DNA of 64,000 nt from Podarcis filfolensis (Eukaryota), in the NCBI GenBank assembly GCA_964270895.1, contig OZ185441.1; one strand, 5' to 3'. Within the stretch, counting starts at the first letter, position 1. Each line of letters opens with the position of its first letter. A program made the translations under genes and the position numbers. A model generated the notes under the pieces. That model saw nothing but the letters and a program-made list of their open reading frames with translations, was not told where the DNA came from and ran no database searches. This document shows positions 25,940-39,009 of the stretch, piece by piece.

Positions 25940-27429
25940 TGATTAAATTATATGTTGCACTGTTAAATGTAAATTTTTATGGCTGTGGGGCGAAGTTTGT
26001 GTGTACAGATTTGAGTATGTACAACTCCATATTTATTGTATCCATATTAGTCTTGGGGAAAGGGTCTGTCCATCTTTCTTGTGTATGACTTTAGCTTTAC
26101 ACTTAAAAACAAACTCCCGTATCTGTGTTATTGAATTATTTCAGTAAAATTTTTGTTTACTGACTTTATCACTGCTCAAGTTGTGCCTTCTTCACGCAAG
26201 TGAGCCAGCAAGAAAAAACCAACTTCCCACTTAGAGCCCCTCTCCACCATTAGGTTATTTAAAAGCTTTAGAAAATGGATGAACTGTCTATTAGCAGTGG
26301 TTTCAGTAGCATTTTTCCTTCTTTCCACCATTTTTTTTTTAAAAAAAAAACATTCACAAGGAACAAGTGTTCCTTTTCTTGTAAGGGACATAAGTCTCCT
26401 AATTTTCATATTCGAGGTACTGGTTCTTTAAGTAAAATTAAAGCTATTTTTAATTGAAGCCTGCCAGTCACAAGAAAGCATATTTACATTTGTGACTATG
26501 AAAAAAACTTCGTGTTATTTTTCTTATGTTTGCTGTCAAACAGAAGCATAAAGCCATGTTTTATTAAATTTAAATATGGTTTAGAAAGAAAAGAACAGCT
26601 TTTGTGTCTCACTTTTTTCATTCACAAGAGTAAATGAAAACCATGCTGCTGCAGCCTTTTTTTCCAGTTGCTAATCTTCTCAAGATCCCCCTGTAGTTTC
26701 CAAAGAGCCTTTCACAGGTGAATATTTTAGACAATAAGAATGTATTTCCTTTTTGAAAGCACTTTTTATTTCATTCAGCGATGCAAGTCAGTAGGAAGCA
26801 TGTACTCCCACCAACTTTTTATCCCAGAAGGAGCAGACAGTGAATAGTCATCACATAGATTTGTAGACTGCAGGTGGGGGGGGGGGTCTTTCTATATCAT
26901 ATATTACATAACCTTTGTGAATTGCTAAAGATGATAAGGGAAATCTGCCACTAATGCCTAATCTTTGATTATCCTAGAAACTGCAGTTACAGCCTCTCGC
27001 CTTCGTGAAATAAAGTTGGAAATTTCATGAAGAGCAACAGCAGCAACACTTTTCACCAAAAATGCATCACAGTTGAGGCCATAAGATGCAGGCTAATTAC
27101 ACACATGCAAGAAAGTGATGCCTGGCTGCAACTGAGGTCTGAAAATGCAGGTCTAAGACCAGTCGAAGGGTACCCCCAATGTGTGATCATTCTTTTTTAG
27201 GAGTGAACCCATTCCAGCACTTGTTGAACATTGAAACAGAAGAATTTCTCTCTTGCATGGATTTAGTTTCATGCATGCAGCCTTTGGTCCCTAGCTTAAT
27301 TCTATTCCCATAGCTCCAGCAGTCATGCATTACTTGCAGTGCTTAAAATATGTAGGAAACCCCCATCTTCAAAGTAAGGGAGGAGGAAGAAAGATGGTAG
27401 AGAAATGTGACTGTGCTTGCATTTTAGTG

Positions 27430-27740
27430 AGAAGCCACTTCTCAAACCAATCCTTTGAAATCCACACTTCTCCCAGTTTTGTGATGTAGTTCTCCAGCCA
27501 AACAATGTGCACAAAAATACAGAGACTAGGGGCAGTAAAATGCATATATTTGTGTAAATAACAAACAAAATGCATTACAATTTTGAAAAATCACCTTTTA
27601 ATGGATATATTACTATATTAGTTAAAACTGCATATAAAAACGTGTTTACTGGGAGAAATTTGCACTAAAATGCTGACTACTTTTCATGATGGTTTCTTTC
27701 AAAAATCAGGAATTGCTTTGGAAATGTGGAGCAACAAATT
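27430..27740 (+). repeat. AT-rich interspersed repeat, related copy at ~29887-30230
   Basis: Shared blocks such as (GATG/GTGC)AGTTCTCCAG and AAA(A)(C/G)TGCATATAAAA…(C/A)TT(G/C)CACT. Family unassigned; boundaries approximate. Confidence 0.5.
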
Positions 27741-28349
27741 TTAGGTTGGAGAAATAAGGAACTCATCTACCCCTACCTGTGTGAATCATCTAACTTCAAA
27801 AATCAGTGGAACTGCCTTTTATCTGGATGCTCTGGACTCTTACCAGATGTTTAGATTTTTAAAAAGAACCACCACTAATTTCCCAGGATTACACTAATAT
27901 GGGTCTGTCTGGGGGCAGACAGCAAGGTTTGGCCAGCAAGTTGTGAATAACTCTGATGCAGCTGAGTGTAGAAATATTCACACAGAGATTCCCTCTGAAG
28001 CGAAAAAGGGAAAAGATGCTGCATTCCTAAAGTTCACTCAGGGAAGAAAAAGCCTACCTCGAGATGAGTTCATTAGCCAGGCATGCTTAGCTTGATTTTG
28101 TAATACAAGGTTTGTTTTGGTCAAGAAGGTCAAATGTTAAGGCTTGTTTGATTCACTGCTGCTGCAAAGAGATAAGTAACCTTAGTTTGTACGAAGTCAC
28201 TTGTATCACAAGAAGGTGCTGCTTTTGTCATAATGACTTAACGTTTTTATTATTAATTTTACTTGCATGTTGCTTCTTTTTACAAAATGTAAAGCGACAA
28301 ACAAATATTAAAACCAGTATCAAGCTAAAACAAAGCAAAAGCTAAAAAC

Positions 28350-28580
28350 ATATTTTTAATAAATAAAAGCAATCTAGCATATCCCGTCCACTAAAAGAAG
28401 CCACAATATCTAAACTCTCCAAGTTAAAGGCCTAAAGCCTGACTGAAAAGAGATGTTTTTGCTTAGCATCTAACAGTAGCCAATGACTCCCTAAAGAGAG
28501 CATTCTAGAACCAGGGAGCCACCACTGAAAAGGCCTACTTTTGTGCTGCCACCCTCTGGACCTCCCTCAGGGCAGATGGA
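28350..28580 (-). mobile_element. Old L2 3'-end fragment. Similar remnants at ~30266-30470 (+), ~33255-33312 (-) and ~51720-52160 (-)
   Basis: Motifs such as GGGAGCCACCACTGAAAAGGCC and TGTGGAATTCTCTCCC correspond to the L2 ORF2 C-terminus seen intact at 59967-60206. Boundaries approximate. Confidence 0.6.
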
Positions 28581-31500
28581 GAAACACCTCAAATAAAAAG
28601 GATGATTGCAATTCTGGAGGGATTGTGTTGAGCAAACAGCTTGACGTTTTTGCTGCTGTTCTCCTAGTTGTTACCTTGCTTTTGCTGTATTATTGCATAT
28701 TGTGTTTGTTGTTATCTTGATTGGTAACTTTATACTGTGCAGTTTCATTTTCTTAGGCATTTTCTATGGAAAGGCAGGGCAGAAAGTGTGCATGCATGGA
28801 GCCTAATCTGCAAGGGAGCATAATTTGGGAGTTGGAACAGGACGTATCCTAGTAGTGCCAAAGTGAAGGCCAAATCCTTAGCTTATGATTTTCTTAACAT
28901 TTGGGAGCACAAGTCAATCCAGATGATTCTTAACTTTGAATGTGATAGGTGTATTAAACGGAAGGGTGTTTGATCCTAGAATATTAATGGACATAGGATC
29001 TGCCTAAATAGTTATGTTAGAGCAATAGGACCATCACCCCCTCCCACTGATGCACCCTGTGCCCCCCCCCACATATGCTCCGGATCGGGGAAAACTGCAC
29101 TTATAGAACCAGTGACTTAGTGCAACATTGAATATAACCCACAGACAGCAAAATGTGGTAGTTTATGATTCAGGCCTTGTGCATCTAACTCCCTGCTGGG
29201 AGCCCCTTGTTCCTCACTTCTTCATGCCTATATGTTAGGAATTTGTACTCCATTCATAATTTGTCAACTCATTTTTTTTTGGTCAACTTATTTTACCAAT
29301 AAGACATGACTGGCTTGAGAAACATGAGACCCGATCAATTCAGATGGTGTGAGATCAAAAGTGTATGTTTCTTTGGTGTTTCTTATATTCCTGACCCCAT
29401 CTGCTGATCTCAAATATCATTAGAGGTTTGGATCCAGAGGCAGTCATTCTTAGAGCTGAGCCACTGAAATAATTGGTCAGTCAAAAAAGCTCAGCACAAA
29501 CCTCTTCCCCCGCAAACCTTTAAAGAAGCACCACAGTAACAGCTCTCATGTAAATGTACTCTTTTTTAATAAGATCCCCTGCAGCACTCAAGAAATGAGC
29601 AGCTGCTTGGGGAGCAGAGGTTCCTTCTAAATTCATTCATGGAGTTGCAGGCTTGAGTGTGAACATCTGGGGGAGAATTATTTTTAAAACTTTCAAAACA
29701 CAAAGCTCCAGAAAGCATCCAAGCCAGAAAAATTAGTTTAAGTCTAAAGCTGGAGATACAGTCTGGAATACATGTGCGTCATTCCCCAATCTCTCAAATT
29801 TGGAGAAACCAGTTAATATGGTGGCATTGTTGCTTTTTGTCTGTTTTTCATGGCACAATTTAGTGGTAATAGTAGAAATCTTCTACTAGGGATGGGGGAG
29901 AAATTTGCTTCAGGTCACCTTTAAAGGTGAACTTACTTAATTTGCTCTTTTCCAAAACAAGACATGAACTGAAACGCAGCCATCCTTCACAATTCCACAC
30001 TGCTCCAAATTTTTGCAGTGCAGTTCTCCAGTCATATTGAGGGGGGAATTACTTTGTAAAACTCTATTTGGCAAAGTTGCATATAAAATGTGCATATTAG
30101 GAAATATCCACACTCAAATGTAGATGGATTTTCACTGACTTAAAAAATACATTGCAAACTGATGTTGAAAACCACATTTAAGACTGGAAAAATGAGAAAC
30201 AGAAAATTTGAATCCTCCCCCCCCTTACACTCCACTGGCCTTCCCCAGCTTCTGCATCAGTCTGGTCCTTTGTGAAAGACCACCTCCTTCTCTATAGACC
30301 ATTTCAGGTGTCAAGATGGGCAGAGGGTGCCCTCCTGGTAATTCCTCCACTCTGGGCAGCATGGAAGAGAGTGCAGTCTCTCTGGCAGCTCCCAAAATGT
30401 GGAATTCTCTCCCCACAGAGGTGCACCAAGCATCCTTCTTAAATAGTTTCTGTCATTTGCTAAGATGCAACTTTCTACCCTGGTCCTTAACAGCTAAAGA
30501 GTTCTGTGGGGCAACCTCTGATGCACAGTCTTTCATTTGTTTTAAATTATTTTGTTGGATTTGATGAGATGATATGGTGGTAATCTGCCCTGGTTTCTGG
30601 GAGTTACCTGGGAAGAGGAACAGATTATTAAACCAGCTCTGTGAGGGGAATAGAGGTCTCCTAAGAACTCTCAGCATCCTTACCAAGGTACTACAGCTCC
30701 CAGGATTCTTTGGGGCAAACCATGACTATTTGGAATGGTATGATACTGCCTTTAACGTATAGTGCAGATGGGGTCTGAAGTCATGTGCCTGAAGTTCAGC
30801 ATGGAGGGTGCCTGTCTAATAGCAGTTGGGAAGAAGCACCACAAGTTTGGGGCACAGTACTGAATGCACGGTGAGCAGCCAGAACCCTGTGACTAGTCAA
30901 TTGCTTCATGGGGTGGTGGTGGTGGTGGTGGTGTGGCATCGAAGAGAAAAAAGCCCTGCTTTTTTATTTACATATTTATCTCTTTTTTAAAAAAATCATA
31001 AAGTGGCTGACAGCTAGGATAATAAAATATAATCAGTACAAACCAGATGGTAACAGGCAGCATACACCCAAAATAAACAAGTCAGCATTAGCAGACAATC
31101 ATAAAAAGCCTTCTGGACTTTTTTTTTTATGTTTCAAAGTGTGTTCTAAAGAAGACGAAAAATGTCAAAAGACTATGCTTGGAGGGGTGGGGGCAGACTG
31201 GGATCAGGACAGCAGACCCCAGACTGCCCTATATATGTTCAGTAGAAGGCTTTTTAAACAGTCCCCGCATGCGATCAGGGACTCTGCAAAACAGCAAACA
31301 AACAAACAGGATCCTAATTGCATCCATCGAGTTTATACACCTGTAGGGTCTGCAATGTCTATGAACATCTTCAACAAGATTAGGGGTTTGGAAGGGCTGT
31401 TGCTGTAATCTGACACATGCACACTGCACATCTATGTTCAATATTCCTAGACGACTTGCCGGAGCAGGACTAGCACTGGAAATTAATCCCTTTAAAACCA

Positions 31501-32034
31501 CATATGTACAGAACTTCAACCACATGCCGGCTTTGCAAGAGACAGCCTCAAACAGCCTTCTCTGCTTCCTTCCATCAGGCTCCCTATGGATCCCTGCCCA
31601 TTACCAGTTAGTGTGAGCAAAAGAGCCAAAATGGGGGCTTATAAACACCTAGGGCTATCCAAGAAGGAACTGCGAACTTCTTCAAAATGCACTGAAGTGA
31701 AAAAACAAACAAACAGACAGGGGGAAGGGGAGGATTATTTCAGGGGGATTAGAAGGTCAAAGGCCTCCAGGAGAAAAGCAAACCAGAATCCATGCAAAGC
31801 CATTACCACAAGATCAACCAGACAGACAAATTGGAGGGCTCATTCCTGGTCTGTTTTGGATGATGATTAGCTCTGGGACAGAACGTTCCCTGCCTCATGG
31901 ACAGACACTGGAGATCATCCTCTCCATGATGTGTCCCATCAATACAGAGTGTCCCCTGGATCTTCTTGCAGGTCTGGGCAATTTGTGACCCACCTAGCTG
32001 CATGGTGGCCAGCAACAATGTGTTGTGGCCAAAT

Positions 32035-32185
32035 AGCTGTAGAGCATCTACTTTGCAAGGTCCCAGGTCTCTAGCATCTCTAAGTAGGGCTGGGAAAAAC
32101 CCAGTTTGAAATCCTGGAGAGCAGCTGCAGGTCAGTGTGGACAATACCAAGCTATATGACTTGTGGTAAGGCAGCTTCTGTTTTA
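32035..32185 (+). mobile_element. SINE with a tRNA(Ala)-like head. Other copies at ~48765-48935 (-) and ~63430-63590 (+)
   Basis: TAGCT…TAGAGCAT…GGTCCCAGG…CATCTC head followed by a shared tail (GGAGAGC…CAGTCAGTGT…ACAATAC…AAGGCAGCTT). Diverged, not a foldable tRNA. Confidence 0.65.
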
Positions 32186-32579
32186 AAACATTCCCTTCTG
32201 TTTGGTATGGCATCAATAACTGGGTTGTACCTGGCATACACTGCTCTTCAGCTGGTTGGTTGGGATCCACTACAGGCTCCCAGCCTGATCTAAGGTGCAA
32301 TTTGACAGCAGCACTAGCACCATACAATTTTATGGTAGAAGGTAATCCCCAGGTGCATGTTTGGGTTAAAGAAGTTTCCCAGGGTCTGAAAACACAGAAA
32401 ACGTCTGTGGCAAATGACTGATTAACCAGAAGACATATAACCGCTGCTAAAAGAGGAGGTGGAGGCTCAACGAGCAGATTATTCTGCCAGCTTGTCGGAT
32501 GATGTTGCCATCCCCCGTGACAAGCCTTTTAAATGTACTTTAGCACTCTCCAAAGTGCCTTTCTCTAAAGTATTATGAT

Positions 32580-32787
32580 TAATTGCATTTATATCACACC
32601 CTTCCTCCAAGGAGTTCACAACAGTATACACTAGCTCTTCCCTTGTTCAGTTTTACATCAACCCTGTGTGTTATGGGCAGCCAGAGGGATAGTGACTGGC
32701 CTGAAATCACTGTGAGCTTCGTGGCTGAGTGGGGATTTAAATCTGGGTCTCTGCAGTCCTAGTCCAACTCTCGAACCATACTACCTC
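32580..32787 (-). mobile_element. tRNA-derived CORE/MIR-like SINE. Other copies at ~35690-35820 (-), ~44385-44520 (+), ~55940-56055 (-) and ~63585-63800 (+)
   Basis: Shared GTGAGCTTC(G/A)TGGC(T/C)GA…GGGATTT(A/G)AA…GGTCTC…GTCCTAGTCCA (antisense box B/A) and the CORE-like CAAC(A/G)ACCC(A/T)GT(G/A)AGGT block. Confidence 0.7.
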
Positions 32788-33584
32788 TCAAAGTTGCTGG
32801 ATTTCAGTGGGTCTCCTCTGAATATATTTTACGTTGGATATCAGCCCTTGGCTATAAACACCCAGGAACCTATCAGATCCTCTCTCCCATCATCTGCTGA
32901 CATATGGGCAAGGCAAGAAGGCAGTGCCACACATCCAATCAATAAAAGCGCTATAAACAAATCCCACTGCTGCTGATGCACTCCTAAATTCTAGCTTGCA
33001 TTGACTCTATTCCCTGTTTGCTAATGTGAAAGTTTAGAGCAAAGCGCCACCGTGTGGCCTGATGTATTCACTAAAGAAGAGTCCCTTGAATAGCATCTTT
33101 TGATTTTTCTAGGCGTAACGTAAGAGCAGGCACAGGCCTAAAAAAAGAGAGCTCATAATGACAGGCAGCCTTACAATGCAAAAACAAAACAAAACCCACA
33201 AACCAACAATCTCCCTTCCTACAAACACATTTAAAAGAGGTATATGTTAATCAGCCCAAGGCCTGGTTGAAAAGGAATGTTTTTACCTGGCGCCTAAAGG
33301 TATATAATGAATAATAATAGTCCAGGAGCATCTGGGGAGCCAGCCTTGCTCTACAGCCATGAGAAAAAATACAGCGGCTCTTGCATGCTGGTCTACCACT
33401 CCAGAACTTCAGCTGCTGCTCTCTCCAGCCTCCTTTCTTCCCTATCTTCCTGCTGTGGGGGCAGAACTAGCTCTTTGCTTCCTGCAGCAAGCATGAGAGG
33501 CAGCACAACCAATGAGCGTGGAGGGGAAATACCAAGATAGGTTTCAGGGAAACCTCCCAACATAAATCCTGGCTACGCCCATGG

Positions 33585-33772
33585 ACTCAAGGGCATCCAA
33601 TGAAGCTGAATGTTGGAAGATTTAGGACAGTTAAAATGTTGCTGGAAACCACCGGAGGGCAGAAGGCTCTTCTGCTCATGTTCACCTTGTTGGTTTCCCA
33701 CAGGCATCTGACTGACCACTATAAGACCAGGATGTTGGACTGGGTGGGCCAGGGGCCTGATACTGCAGGCTA
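33585..33772 (+). mobile_element. CR1-type 3' tail with internal deletion. Second copy at ~37795-37990
   Basis: GGGCATCCAATGAAGCTGAATGTTGGAAGAT…CAGGATGTTGGACT…GGCCTGAT. The 37795 copy ends CTGATCCAGCAGG…TGTTCTTA. Confidence 0.65.
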
Positions 33773-34585
33773 TAGTCCTGTTCTTATACAAAGAGGTATA
33801 TCATCCTTTTGTCTGTGGTCCTGGAGGAATGCAATTAGCATTAAAGAGATATCACCCAAGAATGCATGCGTGGGAAGAAACATACTTGCTGGCAAGGAAA
33901 CACAGTATTACACCTGGGGTTTTCAAAGGCTGAGCAGATAGCTTCAGAACAACATGGTGCCTTATCAGCACACTGGCATGGGATAAACATGGTATATGAG
34001 TGAGTGAGTGAGTGTCAATTTCCTTCCCCCCCCACTCCCTGCCACCCCTTCCATCTTTCCATAAACACATTTATTTGGCTAAGTTCTGGTGATGCCAACC
34101 TTTCTCTGGTAAGCCCCATCCTTTAAATACTTGCGACACAAGCAGGTATTCAGCTAATGAGGCAAACACAGTGATGGAGGAAGGTTTTGGCAGCTCCTTT
34201 TCTGCTTCAACCTGCAATCTTAAAAGGCACAGGAGCTCCACAGAGCGTGGTCGGGAGGGGGGAGTGCAGGTGGAGAGCGATAAATGCAGGTTACAGGTTA
34301 CAGAATGACAGCAGTTGTACCAAATTTTTAAAGATACTAATATAGAGCCATCAATAGCTCTTGACATACAATGATAGATAAGGCCCTAAGAACTTGACTC
34401 TCTCGTAAATAGATGTTTCATGCAGACCAAAAAGACATCTGAGGATCAGGAGGCCTGGGCTGCCTTGGATAAGCACCTTTCCAATAGTTTGCAATTTAGC
34501 AGCAATCACTTCACAGCAGAGAGCAGGCCAGTTGGAGCCCCCCTTTTATCTTTTTCTTTATCCCCGTATAAGAGAGGGAGAGATG

Positions 34586-34587
<2 letters not shown>

Positions 34588-34633
<46 letters not shown>
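34588..34633 (+). repeat. (AC)23 microsatellite
   Basis: Direct read of the sequence. Confidence 0.97.
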
Positions 34634-34635
<2 letters not shown>

Positions 34636-36390
34636 TGGCACCTTCCAAAGATCAGGCATGTCAGGTCCCTGCCCCAACAGGTTTACAATCTAAAACAAGC
34701 ACAGTGAAATGAAAGAGGGAGGGAAGCATGTGACTCCTTCAGTTGCCTGTGCTTAGGCTTAGTTACAACAGTGACAAGAGGGATAAGCCAAACCTGAACC
34801 ATACATGCTATAATAAGCCCTTGTTTCCACACCTCTCCCGCCCTGTCGAAACAGTGGCCATTTTGCTCGCTCTGTGCAACGCAGCAACGCAGCTCAGCCC
34901 CGCAGGGCCTTCGCTTTTGGTTTCCCTTTCTATCTCTGCGTTTCTTTTGAATTCTGGAGCTTCCCGCTCTCCTTTTGTTTGCCTGAAAAGGCTCGAAATA
35001 ATACACACGGTGTTTTTGAAACCACTCTCCTTCTTTCATTCCCTCAAGTCAGGGGAACATTCATCCCCTCATAATTAGGGTGTCTGTCAGTCAGTCCTTT
35101 CCTCCCCCCCCCCGGCCAATTGTCCCCCAACTGAAGCTCCTCTCTCACCTATTGTCTCCTTGCAGCACCTCCGTGAGGAGACTCGCGGGATTAGCGGGGC
35201 TTTGAAGTCGCTTCCCGGGCTCCAGGCCCGCCCTCGCGAGCAAGGCCGCACATGGGTATTCTTCCAACTTCAAACATCTGCGGAGCTCGGTACCTAATTA
35301 CAGCCGTTGCCTTTGCAGGGCCTGAGCTTTTAAATGGCAGCGAGCCACGGCAGCCTACTTCTTTGGGGGGGGGGGGTCGGCCCGGCTTTCAAACGGTGAG
35401 CATCCCCCTGAAAGTGATGCAAACTGACAAGACTATGGCACTTTGGAATGACCACATGGGCGAAGCTTTTGAGCAGCTGGCTCTCCAGCTGGAAATGGGG
35501 GTGGGGGGCAGTGGAGCACAATAGATTTGGGCTTCTGCCCACCATGCAAGAGAGCTTCGATTTCTTTGCCTCGTTTCCCCTACACATTGCCCCCCCATGC
35601 AATTTATCTTTTATTGTCACTATTATTATTATTGCATTTCTATCCCACCCCCTGCCAGTGGCTTTCATATTTTTCTTCCTCCCTGTTTTATCCTCGCAAC
35701 GACCCAGTGAGGTGGGTTAGCCGCCCAGGGTCACTCAGTGAGCTTCATGGCCGAAGGAGGGATTTGAACCCTGGTCTCCCAGGTCCTAGTCCAGCAGTCT
35801 TAACCACTACACTACACCATCAATGTCAGGCTGCTGTTCAAAGCACAGGAGCAAGGGCTAAGGGGGCGGGGGAGGTGACCGAAGTAGCTTCATTAAAAGC
35901 GGGGTGGGTGTGGGGGAAATAGCCATCTTTGGGCAACCAGATAACAATTTTAAAGTAAGGGTTGCTCAGGGGTAATTAGGACTGCAACCTTTCCATCAGT
36001 CTCTGCTGCTGTGTCTTTAACAGCAGCTATGATTCTGCAGGAATTAGCAGGCCAGACTATTCTCATTGCTCTATGTACAAGTTGCTAAGATCAAAAGAAG
36101 AGCCCCATTGAATCAGAGCAAAGGGTGCTTAAGGCCAGTATCCCCATTTCCCCCAGTGGCCAAATATTGTGGGCAGTCCACAATCAAGGCATTCGATTCA
36201 TTTTATTACCCCCCCCCCCAGTTATTTATATCCTGTATTTCAGAATACAAATCCTTCCGAGCTTGTTAAAACATGCACCATGCACACCTACACAGCCACA
36301 GCAACATGTAATAAGTCAGAAGGATTCTTCCTGCGGGGCAGGTGGTTGTCAATGGCCTTGTGGGAGAGGAGCTAGAAGTGAAGGAGGCTT

Positions 36391-36534
36391 CTGGTGGGGA
36401 ACCTGTGAGCCTCCAGATGCTGCAGGACTACATATCCCATCCCGCCCACCCCCCGACCATTAACCATACTAGATGGGACTGATGGGAGCTGGAGTCTGAC
36501 CACACCTGAAGCTGCCACAGGTTTTCCATCCCTG
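36391..36534. mobile_element. Palindromic MITE of the ACTACAACTCCCATC/GATGGGAGTTGTAGT family. Further decayed copies near 38064-38187, 38875-38945, 39370-39455, 47703-47828, 57622-57706 and 57917-58052
   Basis: Foldback structure and internal motif shared with the TSD-flanked copy at 45608-45741. Confidence 0.7.
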
Positions 36535-36845
36535 GGCGAAACTTTCTCAACCAGTCTGCGACGAAGATTAAAGTTGCTCCCTTTTCTTCCCAGTCAGGTG
36601 GTGGAAGCATGACTTGGGGGAGATGTGCGAGGCTCATGAAGAGGACTGGACTAGTTTTGCAGGTCAGAGCTTCCCCATCCCTGCCCTACTGCTATGGAGG
36701 CAAAACAGGGTTATTGGAAAAGAAGGTAGTGGCCCCTACAAATTTTGAGGGTTCCTTAGGCATGCTGAAGTAGAGAACTTTGCAAATCAAAACAATACTT
36801 TAAAAAACCCAGCTTCACAAGAACTTGTAACTTTACAGGATACAC

Positions 36846-36863
36846 AGAGAGAGAGAGAGAGAG
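36846..36863 (+). repeat. (AG)9 microsatellite
   Basis: Direct read of the sequence. Confidence 0.9.
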
Positions 36864-38398
36864 CGCACTGAGGTGGCAGGAGGGTAAGAAACGGGATTAT
36901 AGTTAAGTGCTAATTGTGACCCTCCCAAGCATTTTGTGGGTCTTTTTATTAAAGGTAGGAGGGCACAGTTAGTGAGGAGCAGCAGTTTAAGCCTTCTCTC
37001 CACCATATTTCATATAATATGTAACATGCAGAACATCCAGTGCTATTTTTCTAGAAAAAGAGGTGACTGAAGTCACTACAAACTTCTCCCTCATTCTCTT
37101 TGAATGGCAATGCGCCCATCTGAGAGGCGATGGAGCTGAGTTCTGGTGAGTTTCAGCTGAAAAAGGCCCTGATTACATCACATAATAATATAAATGTGAA
37201 GCTGGGATGACAGTGGAGGAGGAATAATACCACAGTGATAAACCAGAGAGAACTTGCAGCCATTTAATTAGAGCCATACAGAGAGGTAGATAAGTGTAGT
37301 AACTGGTGGAAACGACTAACTGCCTCTTTCAAGGTTTGGTCTTAGGGCAGTGGGCTCTATTGCTGCTATTGGAGCCCCTAGCAAATTGGCCCAACATCAC
37401 CCATTGGTAGTTTCAAAACAAAATATTTATAATCATCCAAATGTAACCCTTTTCAAAATAATAATAAAAACCCCACAAATGCCTTTTCTCCTTCCTTGTC
37501 TAATATTCATACATTGCTGTGCAATAAAAATACCTTTGCCAATGCACAGTCTTTCCTCCAGCAAGCCCAATGCATTCCAAAAGAAAATAAATGCATTGAT
37601 GATTCACTTGGATTGTAGATGCATTTCCTGAAATAATCTTGGAAGCAGCCCCAAACACCATAAAAAAATATGGCACACCATTAAGCAACAGACTTGGCAA
37701 GTTCAAACATGCTTATCACACAGAAAACTGATTAAGGTTAGATGTACTCTTGTTTCATGCAGTAGTGTTGCCCGTTTTTGAAATAATTTTTAAAAAATCA
37801 TGGAACAAAGGCTATCAGTGGCTAATAGCAGTGTTGGCCATGCACTACTTCTGAATGCCTCTGATTTGCTGTGACTCACAAGTGGGGAGAATGCTTTAGC
37901 CTTCGGCTTCGCACAAGCATCTGTGAGAAATGGAATGCTGGGCTAAATGGTCCTTTGCTCTGATCCAGCAGGACTTTCCTGATGTTCTTAAGTACAGTTC
38001 CATTTTTAGTAACGTTTTAGCCGATTTGCCATTAATAAAAAAAACCCTCCCATTGCAATATACCAGAACTGGGGGAACTTCCCCCCCCATCCTCCCAACA
38101 CCTCCCTTGGTTGTTGAAACCACTGGCTGGGGCTGCCGGGAGCTGGAGTCCAGTAACACCTGAAGAGCCACAGGTGAACCACACCTGTTATAAAGGCCTT
38201 GGATTTAATACACTCTGGTCTCGAATGCACATAGAAAACGGGGCAGATGCTACCTCCATCTCATTCCTTCTTTACAAAGAAATTGCTTGTAGAATGAGCA
38301 AAAGGAAGTACGCCACACAAACCAGGCATAGTTAGTTTATGGATCTGGGATAGCTCCGGTGGCTCTTAATCTCAGGGTTGTGCCCCGCCTTGGACACA

Positions 38399-38475
38399 AG
38401 ATTCCTGCATTGCCGGGGGGTGGACTAGATGACCCTCACAGTCCCTCCCAACTCTACAATTCTGTGATTCTACGA
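38399..38475 (+). mobile_element. CR1 LINE extreme 3' end
   Basis: TGGACTAGATGACCCTC…GTCCCTCCCAACTCTACAATTCTGTGATTCTA, the classic CR1 terminal hairpin plus ATTCTRTG repeat tail. Confidence 0.85.
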
Positions 38476-39009
38476 GTTCATGACCACAAACTGCAGTGGT
38501 GGTAGCTGGTGTAGTTGGTTGCTAAAAGGCGATTAGACAAATCCACAGGGATTAGACCCCACCCCCACCCCTCGCCATGCTAGCTAAAAATGGAACTATT
38601 GCAGTCTGTACTCAGAGGCCGTGTCGCTCGGATTGCTACATGCTGGAGCCAAGACAAGATAGCTCCCTCTCTGTACAGTATCCTTCTTGTGAGTTTCCAA
38701 GGGTAGCTGCTTGGCGACTGACGAAAACAGGGCGCCAGACTGGATGGAGCTTTTGTCTGATCTGGGAAGATTATTTTTTTTTATCCATGAAAAGTTCTTA
38801 TTTCACTATCCAACTGTATACTCCCAGGCACGCATGCAATGAGTAGACCTGGAGCCTTGAAATGAGCTAAAAATGCAGGGAACCTGTGGCTTGCCAGAGG
38901 TTGCATGAGCCCAGCTCCCATAATCTCTGACCACTGGTCATGATAGCAGTAGGACTGGCCACAGGTCCCTCCTCCCGTTTCAAGGCTGCCGTGCAAGCTG
39001 CGAATGTTA

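Noticed and set aside
30908-32327. 166-aa and 174-aa intergenic ORFs
   Set aside because: One starts in a (GGT)n repeat and the other overlaps a SINE. Neither shows protein-family similarity or splice-consistent structure.
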